Shown in pieces: positions 25,025 to 32,000 of a stretch of DNA of 32,000 nucleotides. Under the pieces are notes generated by a model. That model did no database searches. It was not told the origin of the DNA and saw nothing but the letters and a program-made list of their open reading frames with translations. The position numbers and the translations under genes are program-made. The DNA comes from an uncultured Chloroflexia bacterium. Its GTDB lineage: Bacteria > Chloroflexota > Ktedonobacteria > Ktedonobacterales > JADMIN01. Positions within the stretch are counted from its first letter, which is position 1; each line of letters starts with the position of its first letter. The stretch is from NCBI GenBank assembly GCA_963718915.1, contig CAVRAI010000001.1:330001-362000 (forward strand), written 5' to 3'.

Positions 25025-25438
25025 CGCCCGACGCAACGGCGCCGTATCCCTCCCAGACGGACTACGGGCGATCACCGGGCTATGGCCAGCAGCCCAATTA
25101 TGGGCAACAGCCAAACTACGGCCAGCAACGCCAGCAACAACCTGGCTATGAGCAACAGCAGCCTGGCTATGGCCAACCACCGGGCTACGGCCAGTCGCCT
25201 AACTATGGGCAGCAGCCAGGATATGGCCAGCAGCCTGGCTATGGACAACCACCCAGCTACAATCAGCCCCCAGGCTATGGCAACCAGCAGCCCGGCTAGC
25301 CAGGACTACGGGCAACAACAGCCCGGCTACGGCCAGCGGCGACCGGGAAATGGCGAGCAGCCGGGGCAAGGAGCGTCCGACTGGGAAAACACGGAGCCTG
25401 ATGCGGGGCGCGGCAACCAGCCGCCTCCCGGATGGTAA
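25021..25438 (+). pseudogene. Q/G/Y/P-rich repeat protein, ATGA-coupled to the upstream gene, one frame break near 25290
   Basis: ATG 25021 overlaps TGA 25022-24. It encodes '[12 protein letters not shown]...' repeats up to TAG 25297-99. The same repeat continues in frame 2 ('[12 protein letters not shown]...GNQPPPGW*' to 25438). 'ggctagccagg' looks like ggcta[tg]gccagg with 2 nt missing. Confidence 0.5.
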
Positions 25439-25525
25439 GCATTGCGCATGTCGGGGCGTCATACACTCCAGTAGCGGGTGTCTTTCGCCCTCGAGCTGTC
25501 ACGCCATCCTGAGAGGAGCCGCAGC

Positions 25526-26260
25526 ATGACGCGCATTGCCGTCATTTCCGACATCCACGGGAACTGTGTCGCGCTTGATACCGCGCTGGCCGATATCGAC
25601 CGCGCCTCGGTCGATCAGATCGTCTGCCTGGGAGACGCCATCCAGGGAGGCGCGCAGCCAGCGGCGACGGCGCGGCGGTTGCGCGCGCTGGCATGTCCGG
25701 TGGTGATGGGCAACGCCGACGCCTGGATGCTAACCGGCGTGGAGACGGGCGGCGAACCAACGACCGAGACGATGGAGCGGGTGCGCCAGTGGTCGCTGGC
25801 ACAGCTCTCAGCCGACGATCAGGCGTTCATCGCCGCGTTCGCGCCAACGGTGACGATTCCGCTCACGACGGAGCGCGCGCTGCTCTGCTTTCACGGCACG
25901 CCCACCTCGTTCGACGAGATTCTGCTGCCGTCCACGCCCGCCGAGGAGTTCCGGCGCGCGCTCGACCCCTACGCGCCCGCGATTCTGACCGGCGGCCATA
26001 CCCACCTGCAACAGATTCGCCAGCTGACCGAGACGTTCTTTTTCAATCCCGGCAGCGTGGGGCTGGCGTGTAATTATGAGCTTCCAGAGGAGCGCTTTCG
26101 ACGCGAGCCGTGGGCCGAATACGCCATTCTCAGCGCGTCGGATGGTGTGATAAGCCTGGAGTTTCGCAAGATACCGCTGCCGATGGATTCGCTGCGCGAG
26201 GCGCTGGTAACAAGCGGACATCCCGACGTGGAACGAGTGCTGCATGAATATGGTCTCTAA
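25526..26260 (+). CDS. metallophosphoesterase (YfcE/MJ0936-like)
   Basis: 'RIAVISDIHGN...VCLGDAI.GG...MGNAD...GHTH' metal-binding motifs are present. The start is at ATG 25526, after GAGAGGAG. Confidence 0.85.
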   Translation: MTRIAVISDIHGNCVALDTALADIDRASVDQIVCLGDAIQGGAQPAATARRLRALACPVVMGNADAWMLTGVETGGEPTTETMERVRQWSLAQLSADDQAFIAAFAPTVTIPLTTERALLCFHGTPTSFDEILLPSTPAEEFRRALDPYAPAILTGGHTHLQQIRQLTETFFFNPGSVGLACNYELPEERFRREPWAEYAILSASDGVISLEFRKIPLPMDSLREALVTSGHPDVERVLHEYGL

Positions 26261-26266
26261 TCGGCA

Positions 26267-26950
26267 TCACTCCTCCTGGCCGATAGCCTGGGGCAACTCA
26301 TCGAGGCGGGTGATGCGCGCGTCTGGCGCTGGCAGACCCGCCGCGATCTGCTCATTTGGCGCGCTGATCCAGCAGGTATGCCAGCCAACCGCCGCCGCCC
26401 CGGCGATATCGTTGACCAATGAATCGCCGATGTACCACGTATCCTCCGGCAGACTCGAAGACATGGCGCGCGCGAGGTCGAAGATGCCCCTCTGGGGCTT
26501 GCGTACGCCAATCGTGGCGTCGCCCGAGACGATGCGCCAGCGGAAGAAGCGTTCGAGATGGAGCGCCGCGATGACCGCATGCTGGGAGTCGCTCGGCCCG
26601 TTGGTGATAATCCCCAGCGTATGCCGCTCGGCGAGGTCTGCCAGCGTAGATTCCGCCCCTGGGGTGAGTTCCTGCGTCGCGGCCCACGCATTGGCGAGTG
26701 ACCGCGCGCACGACGCGACCAGATGCTCGGGCGCGGATGCGCCACAGGCCACCAGCGCGTGCGCCAGACATCCGGCGGTCGTGGAATGGCCCGGCTCTTC
26801 GAGCGCTTCGGCCCAGGCGTTCAGCAGCATGTGGGCGTCAACCAGCGGGGATGCTAGCAGCGGCGCGCAGCTTGCGAGGAATATCGTGAGAAACGGCGTA
26901 CGCGGATGGCAGAGTGTATTGTCGAGATCGAAGAAGAGGGTCGCAGACAC
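26267..26950 (-). CDS. HAD-superfamily hydrolase (subfamily IA-like)
   Basis: Contains 'LFFDLDNTL', 'GIITNG', 'RKPQRGIF' and 'YIGDSLVNDIAGA'. The GTG start at 26950 lies 8 nt after GGGAGG. Confidence 0.85.
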   Translation of the reverse strand: MSATLFFDLDNTLCHPRTPFLTIFLASCAPLLASPLVDAHMLLNAWAEALEEPGHSTTAGCLAHALVACGASAPEHLVASCARSLANAWAATQELTPGAESTLADLAERHTLGIITNGPSDSQHAVIAALHLERFFRWRIVSGDATIGVRKPQRGIFDLARAMSSSLPEDTWYIGDSLVNDIAGAAAVGWHTCWISAPNEQIAAGLPAPDARITRLDELPQAIGQEE

Positions 26951-27152
26951 CAGCAGACCTCCCTATGGCGCGCTTCATGCTTACATCTATCCGTATCGTG
27001 CGCCTGTCTATTGTAACTCGCGAGGGCCATAACGTCCCACGGACACCGGGACTGGATGTTTGATCGTGCGGAGTTGTGATAAAGTAGTGACCAACACACC
27101 TCATGGATGATCCGTAGAAACTCGTGGAGGATGATTGCTGGAAGGGAGGAAG

Positions 27153-27728
27153 ATGGTGGGTGCAACAGTCGTTCTCGTCGAGTATGATCCCCACTGGCCC
27201 GATCGCTACGAGTACGAGAAAAATCGCATCCTGCATGCCCTGGGCGAGCGCGTCGTCGCCATCGAGCATATTGGCAGCACAGCGGTGCCGGGTCTGGGCG
27301 CGAAGCCGATTATCGATATCATGGTCGCCGTGCGTTCCCTGGAACATGACCTCCCGGCTTGCATCGAGCCATTGCGCCGCCTCGGCTATGAGTATGTTGA
27401 CCGCGCCGACTTCACCGATAGCTGCTTCTTCTGCCACGGCGTCTGGGGACCAAGCACGCGCCACCTGCACGTCACCGAATACGGGAGCGCCTTCTGGAAC
27501 GAGAAGCTGCTCTTCCGCGATTTCCTCCGACTCCACACCGATACCGCCGCCGAATACTTTGCCCTCAAGCGATCCCTCGCCACACAGCACGCCGCCAATC
27601 GCACCGCCTATACCGACGCCAAAGGCTCCTACATCCGGTCGGTGGTGAACCGCGCCCGCTCCGCGACGCTGGCCCCCAGCAATCGCGTCACAAACCATGC
27701 ACAAGTAGAAAGACACATGCACAAGTGA
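27153..27728 (+). CDS. GrpB-family protein
   Basis: 'VVLVEYDPHWPDRYEYEKNRI...IEHIGSTAVPGLGAKPIIDIMV...RHLHV...FRDFLRLH...AAEYFALKRSLA' is present. ATG 27153 follows GGGAGGAAG. Confidence 0.85.
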   Translation: MVGATVVLVEYDPHWPDRYEYEKNRILHALGERVVAIEHIGSTAVPGLGAKPIIDIMVAVRSLEHDLPACIEPLRRLGYEYVDRADFTDSCFFCHGVWGPSTRHLHVTEYGSAFWNEKLLFRDFLRLHTDTAAEYFALKRSLATQHAANRTAYTDAKGSYIRSVVNRARSATLAPSNRVTNHAQVERHMHK

Positions 27729-28447
27729 GCGCAAGTCAGCCCGCCAGCTCGCCCTGGCCCGCCGATGTCATCCATGTCAACGAAGATGGCTGGGTGCTGA
27801 TCAATCGTGGCAGCCGACATGGCGTCACCATGGGGCTGCGCCTGCTGGTGGTGGGGACGGGCATCCGCGACCTGCACGATCTGTTCGCGCCCGACGCCTC
27901 CTCCGAGGCACAGCCACCCGCCCTGCGCATCCGGCGAACATACGAACTGCTGGAGGTGGTTCACGCCGAGGAAAACTGCGCCGTCGCCATCGCCACCCGC
28001 ACGCCCGCGGCCCGACGCCCGACGGTCTATCGCGGCCCGGAGGGCGAGTTGCTGGTCTGGGCGCCACTACCTGAGGGCTATACCTGGCCACCGCCGAATA
28101 GTTCGACCGACGCGCGGCAACCAGAGTCGCCGCCCTGGGCGCCCGCGACAGATGACGACGCCGCGACAGATGACGAGGAGTCCTCAGACGCCGGGGAGGC
28201 CGATGCGCCGCCGGAACGCGCCCCGCAGGATGACGAGCCGTGGGAGGAGGCGCTGCCGCTCAATAGTGTCAGCGTCGGCGATATCGTGCTGCCCGCCCTG
28301 CCCGCGACTCCATCGGCTCCAGCCGCGCCACACGCGCCCGCGTCGTCGTCGAGTGGAGGCGGCAGCTCGCCCACAGGGTCGCACGACCCAACGTCGCCCT
28401 TCGAGACGGGGCGATCCTACGACTGGATGAAGAAGCCCGGCGAGTGA
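27725..28447 (+). CDS. hypothetical protein with a small N-terminal beta-rich domain and a long acidic/Pro-rich disordered tail
   Basis: 240-aa ORF. Its GTG start overlaps the GrpB stop (GTGA). I recognise no family, and the start is uncertain. Confidence 0.5.
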   Translation: MSASQPASSPWPADVIHVNEDGWVLINRGSRHGVTMGLRLLVVGTGIRDLHDLFAPDASSEAQPPALRIRRTYELLEVVHAEENCAVAIATRTPAARRPTVYRGPEGELLVWAPLPEGYTWPPPNSSTDARQPESPPWAPATDDDAATDDEESSDAGEADAPPERAPQDDEPWEEALPLNSVSVGDIVLPALPATPSAPAAPHAPASSSSGGGSSPTGSHDPTSPFETGRSYDWMKKPGE

Positions 28448-28463
28448 AGGCGGCTGGCGGCTG

Positions 28464-28720
28464 ATGTAGTTTTAGGATTTGCGACGGACAGCCACGGCGG
28501 CGGGCGGTTCAAACCGCGCCTTGAGGGCCGCGCCTGCTGCGCACGCTCCGCCACGAAACCCGCCTGCGCGGGGTGCCCAGACCCCTGCGCCAACGGCTCG
28601 CGCGTTGGGACACGGTCTGGGAGTCCGCGACGGCGGACTTGGTGGCCGCAGGCCCTCAAGGCGCGGTTTGAACCGCCCGCGCCCCTCCGCGCGTGTCCCT
28701 GGTGATTGCTAAAACTACAT
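28464..28720. repeat. 257-bp nested palindrome (MITE-like or large structured element)
   Basis: Outer 12-bp perfect inverted repeat: atgtagttttag (28464-75) / ctaaaactacat (28709-20). Inner 30-bp perfect inverted repeat: gcgggcggttcaaaccgcgccttgagggcc (28500-29) / reverse complement (28651-80). Further pairings cccagacc/ggtctggg and ccaacg/cgttgg lie around the centre near 28598. Confidence 0.6.
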
Positions 28721-28879
28721 AAGCCGCGCCTATGGGCTTACGCCAGAAAAGCCGCCTGCGCGGACTGCTCCCTCTCTGAAGGACAATCGATAGCACTAAC
28801 CCTCTAGCACACTTGCTTTCGCTGTTCCGTCTTCATAAGCAAAGCGGCTTATGGTGATGTGTTCAGCGGGCAGGGTTTT

Positions 28880-30211
28880 ATGACGATGATCGCGAGTGGC
28901 CAGTCTCGGCGCGCGCGCGCTTTGCGTGTGACGCTGCGTATCCTCTGCATCGGCGCGCTACTCTGCCTGTTCGCGCTCGCATGGTTCGCTGGGCGGGCGC
29001 CAACTGCCCATGCGTCGGGTGTGCCGTGGTGTCCGTATCCCCTGCCAGATGAGCATGCTCCTACCCGTCCCGCGATTCACCTCAACCGCACCGAAGGCCC
29101 GGTAGGGACAGACCTGACCGTGATCGCGAGTGGTTGGCGCCCAGGGGCGCAGGTGGCGCTCCATCTCGACGCGCGCGACCCCAAAACGCACGAGTTATAT
29201 ACGCTAATACCCGATCTCGCCGAGGGTACGGTCACTAAAGATGGCACAATCACGTTGGCTTCGCTCGATACGCCAGCCTTCTTTTGCGTGGACATGTCCA
29301 CCTCCGACAATACCGATTACAGCTTCGACAACCAGGGCGGCGCGACGGCGTACTTCGTGCTGGCGTCCGATCATGGCGAGGTCAGCGCGCCCGTGGCATT
29401 CCGCTATCTTCCCGCGCCGACGGTTGCCCTGGCAGGTCTTGACAAGAATAGCGGCGTGAAGGTTGGATCGGCGCTGACCGTCACTGGTTCAGGCTGGGAG
29501 CCGCATGAGCCGCTCTCGCTCACCTTGCTATCCGCCGATCCGGTTAGCCCGGTCATCGTGCCCAACGCCGCGCGAATACACGCCACCGCTGATGCCCAGG
29601 GAAACTTCACGACCAGTTATCCTGTAGATGCGCGCCTTGACTGGAATAACGGTGTCATGCTCCTGGTGGAAGGCAACAGCCCGCGCTTCGGCTATCTCGA
29701 TGAGTATGGGACGCTCTCGCTGACCCCCGCGATTCAGCCCACGTTTCGTATCGACCACACACTGGTCACGCCTGGCATGACGATCACCGTCAGCGGCGAA
29801 CACTGGTATCCTGGCGATGCCTATACCATCAAGTATTGCTCCGCTCAACTGGGAGTGAGCGGCTGGGAAGATGGGCCAGACTGCGGCAAGGAAGTGAATC
29901 CCACGCTTGGAACCGTGACTATCGGCGCGGATGGACGCATGCAGCAACAGTTCAAAATTCCGTCTGATGAACCGCTGGGCGTCATCATGGTTGGTGTCAC
30001 CAACCTTACCCCGTGGTTCAATCCACAGCAGGTTGCGGTGCACGTGGTGGATCACCTGCCTACCTGGGACGATATCCACCCGCGCGTGGCGGCAGTGCGC
30101 AACAAACTGGTTGGCTCGCTGCCGTTCACCATCCCGGCGGCGCTGGCGCTGGGCGCGCTGGCATTCTTCACTATCCGTCGCTGGCGCGTGCGGCAAGCTC
30201 CACGCGCTTAG
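28880..30211 (+). CDS. secreted, C-terminally membrane-anchored protein with three repeated beta-domains
   Basis: A signal peptide 'LRILCIGALLCLFALAWFAGRAPTAHA' opens the protein. A module recurs three times: 'GTDLTVIASGWRPGAQVAL', 'GSALTVTGSGWEPHEPLSL' and 'GMTITVSGEHWYPGDAYTI'. A C-terminal TM segment 'IPAALALGALAFFTI' is followed by RRWRVR. The start could be 28859 or 28880. Confidence 0.7.
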   Translation: MTMIASGQSRRARALRVTLRILCIGALLCLFALAWFAGRAPTAHASGVPWCPYPLPDEHAPTRPAIHLNRTEGPVGTDLTVIASGWRPGAQVALHLDARDPKTHELYTLIPDLAEGTVTKDGTITLASLDTPAFFCVDMSTSDNTDYSFDNQGGATAYFVLASDHGEVSAPVAFRYLPAPTVALAGLDKNSGVKVGSALTVTGSGWEPHEPLSLTLLSADPVSPVIVPNAARIHATADAQGNFTTSYPVDARLDWNNGVMLLVEGNSPRFGYLDEYGTLSLTPAIQPTFRIDHTLVTPGMTITVSGEHWYPGDAYTIKYCSAQLGVSGWEDGPDCGKEVNPTLGTVTIGADGRMQQQFKIPSDEPLGVIMVGVTNLTPWFNPQQVAVHVVDHLPTWDDIHPRVAAVRNKLVGSLPFTIPAALALGALAFFTIRRWRVRQAPRA

Positions 30212-30759
30212 AGGCCGTCCATCGCCCGTGGAATCGCGTCGAGTTCGGCGCCAGGGACGTCGTGCTGTCCAAGAAAGAGGCAGAGCTGGGCCGCATGCTC
30301 CTGGACGTGGCGCATTGTGTAAAGTAGCAACTCCAGATAGCTGACAGGCTGACCTTCTGACCAGGGATATTCGACGGGCCGGCGCGCCTGCTCGTCCGTC
30401 AGCGCGGCCAGCGTGGTCCGGCACTTCTGGCGCACAGACGCCAGATAGGCGCGCAGTTCCTCCCTGGTATACGGCTGTTCGGGCTGCGCCTCATAAGAAT
30501 CGAGCATCCCCTGGGCAAAGGGCGCCGGGGGCGCGAATTCCTCCTCCGGGACGCCTGAGAGATACAGGTCGAGCCAGACCAGCGTATGGAAGGTGACATA
30601 CCAGAACTCCGCGAACTGCGGCGGGAACTCTGGTGGCGGGGGGTCGGGCCAGAGACGCTCCTGCCAGAGCGCTTCGGGACAGGCTACTAGGGCTTTTTCA
30701 AGCATGTCGATGGCCGCGCCAAATTGCGGCCATAGTGCGGTGCTCCACACGGTCTCCAT
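30208..30759 (-). CDS. DinB-family four-helix-bundle protein
   Basis: ATG 30759 follows GGGAGGATAC. 'FWYVTFHTLVWLDLYL' and 'LLLYTMRHVQEHAAQL' are His-containing helices typical of DinB_2. Confidence 0.75.
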   Translation of the reverse strand: METVWSTALWPQFGAAIDMLEKALVACPEALWQERLWPDPPPPEFPPQFAEFWYVTFHTLVWLDLYLSGVPEEEFAPPAPFAQGMLDSYEAQPEQPYTREELRAYLASVRQKCRTTLAALTDEQARRPVEYPWSEGQPVSYLELLLYTMRHVQEHAAQLCLFLGQHDVPGAELDAIPRAMDGL

Positions 30760-30781
30760 GTATCCTCCCTCAGGAATAGCG

Positions 30782-31291
30782 CTACTTATGCCCTGGGTTG
30801 AGCGCGGTGACGATGCGTTCGATTTGCTTGACGTGCGGCCGTTCGTGGCGCGCCAGCCGCTGCGCATAGGAGAGCACAGTCAGCTTCAAGGGCCTTCCCG
30901 CGCCAGTTACGATGGCTGAGCGTGACCAGCTTTCAAGTGGCAACGGTTTCAGAGCGGCCAATAGCTCGGCACGCTGCATGGCAAAGGCGCGCAGGGAGGG
31001 CTGGAACTCCAGCTCACGATAGTTCGTCTGCTTGATCCAGCTGCGGGGATTGACCGCCCGTAGCGTTGGTGTATCCTCGGCGAGCATCGCCACGATGTAC
31101 TTGCCCCACATATCGGCGCACGCGCGCAGATGGGCAAGCACATCGTTGGCGGACCACTCATCCCGGTCTGGGGCGGCCAGCAATTGCGCTGGCGTCATGC
31201 CATCGGTCAGCGCGGCAATGTGCGCCGGCGATGCCTCAAGCAGGGTCAGCGCCTGCTCAATCGTGAGGAGGCTGCTGGATGTGCTCGGCAC
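30782..31291 (-). CDS. DinB-family four-helix-bundle protein
   Basis: Contains 'EWSANDVLAHLRACADMW' and 'YAQRLARHERPHVKQIE'. 169-aa ORF. Confidence 0.75.
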   Translation of the reverse strand: MPSTSSSLLTIEQALTLLEASPAHIAALTDGMTPAQLLAAPDRDEWSANDVLAHLRACADMWGKYIVAMLAEDTPTLRAVNPRSWIKQTNYRELEFQPSLRAFAMQRAELLAALKPLPLESWSRSAIVTGAGRPLKLTVLSYAQRLARHERPHVKQIERIVTALNPGHK

Positions 31292-31297
31292 GTAACG

Positions 31298-31801
31298 TCA
31301 TCCCTCTCGCCTGACTTTCGCTAACCAGGCGCGCATGTCCGGCTCATGCTCTTCGTGGAAATGGGCGAAGAAGACCGCGCCTGTCAGTGGCTCGCCCTCC
31401 ATCCACGGGAAGCGTCCGGGCGCCAGCAATTCCGCCTCGGGGAAGGCGTCGAGCGTCTCCGCCAGTTGTGCGAAGACGTCGTGCGCGTCGCGCAGCACGT
31501 CGGCGACTGGTCGGTCGCGGTTGGCGGCGTAGATCCAGGCGTTGATCTCGTCGTCTGTCTGGAGGTGTGGCGGCCACTCGGGCGGGGGCAGTGGTTCATG
31601 GCGTAGCGCCGCCTGGAATCGTCCCACTGTTCGCTTACGCCAGCCGGTCAGATGCGCGACGATGTCCGCAATCGACCACTCGCCCGCGACGCCCGGCTGT
31701 GTCATGCGCTCCTCGCCGATCTCGTCCAGCAGTGCCTCCCACCCGGCCTGTTCGGCCTTGAGGTCGTCGAGGAGTCGCGCCTTGTTCGTGCTGGTGTTCA
31801 T
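31298..31801 (-). CDS. DinB/ClbS-like four-helix-bundle protein
   Basis: Contains 'GEWSIADIVAHLTGWRKR' and 'FFAHFHEEHEPDMRAWL'. The start is taken at ATG 31801, after GGAGGATGTG; the ORF extends to 31825. Confidence 0.7.
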   Translation of the reverse strand: MNTSTNKARLLDDLKAEQAGWEALLDEIGEERMTQPGVAGEWSIADIVAHLTGWRKRTVGRFQAALRHEPLPPPEWPPHLQTDDEINAWIYAANRDRPVADVLRDAHDVFAQLAETLDAFPEAELLAPGRFPWMEGEPLTGAVFFAHFHEEHEPDMRAWLAKVRREG

Positions 31802-31851
31802 CACATCCTCCATATGCTGATCCAAGCGTACCTACCTGCTCACGCATGAGA

Positions 31852-32000
31852 TTACGAGCGACGCAGTTCGGTATCCAGGAAGGCAAGCATTCGCTCCCAC
31901 GCCAGGGTCGCGGCGGCGGCATCGTAGGTCTCCGGACGGTTTGCCTCGAAGAACCAGTGTTTGGTTCCCGGATACGTATAGACGGTGACCTGTTTGCCCG
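31852..32000 (-). CDS. 3' end of a dienelactone-hydrolase-family gene (5' part outside the window)
   Basis: The minus strand reads '...[48 protein letters not shown]'. The stop is TAA, the complement of 31852-54. Confidence 0.7.
   Translation of the reverse strand, partial: GKQVTVYTYPGTKHWFFEANRPETYDAAAATLAWERMLAFLDTELRRS

Noticed and set aside
28479-28712. 77-aa and 80-aa ORFs inside the palindrome
   Set aside because: They are mirror-image products of the inverted repeat with Arg/Pro/Ala-rich composition. The DNA-level symmetry explains them.
30119-30133. 'LPFTI' before the C-terminal TM helix, considered as a sortase LPXTG signal
   Set aside because: The motif lacks the Gly/Ala after Thr, and no sortase is present in the window. 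A simple C-terminal membrane anchor is sufficient.

Overview
High-GC bacterial chromosomal window; the phylum cannot be determined from the sequence alone. 1-8.1 kb is mostly housekeeping. It holds the tail of a membrane-protein gene, a TIR-domain::7-bladed beta-propeller gene split by a perfect 11-bp tandem duplication, and a degenerate alpha/beta-hydrolase. It also holds cysE, a DUF1801 gene and the t6A operon tsaE-tsaB-rimI-tsaD. 8.4-23.9 kb is a 15.5-kb polymorphic-toxin (Rhs/YD-repeat) locus, the main item of interest. The main gene has a signal anchor, an SpvB/TcB-like N-terminal region, a PA14 domain, a YD-repeat shell, a DPSGH core end and a deaminase-like C-terminal toxin (CAE...PCxxC). 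It is followed by a candidate immunity gene, then two orphan 'core fragment + new toxin tip' modules, each with a downstream candidate immunity gene, and finally a 2.45-kb tip-less second copy of the YD shell. The toxin tips and immunity genes are visibly lower in GC than the shell. The repeated shell sequence is riddled with frame breaks. By manual alignment the main copy has about 22 indels (19 of them +1) plus an in-frame TAG. The first break lies 44 nt after the point where the sequence becomes repeated. The unique 3.8-kb N-terminal part, the tips (one break, next to a 9-bp tandem repeat) and the immunity genes are otherwise clean. Either the locus is decaying or the repeats are mis-assembled or mis-polished; I cannot tell which from sequence. 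24-32 kb holds a membrane protein translationally coupled to a Q/G/Y/P-repeat protein (one frame break), then a metallophosphoesterase, a HAD hydrolase, a GrpB protein and an acidic hypothetical protein. It also holds a 257-bp nested palindrome (MITE-like), an anchored secreted protein with three repeated domains, three tandem DinB-fold genes and the 3' end of a dienelactone hydrolase. No rRNA, tRNA, CRISPR array, transposase or integrase was found. All family calls are from motif recognition by eye, not database searches.
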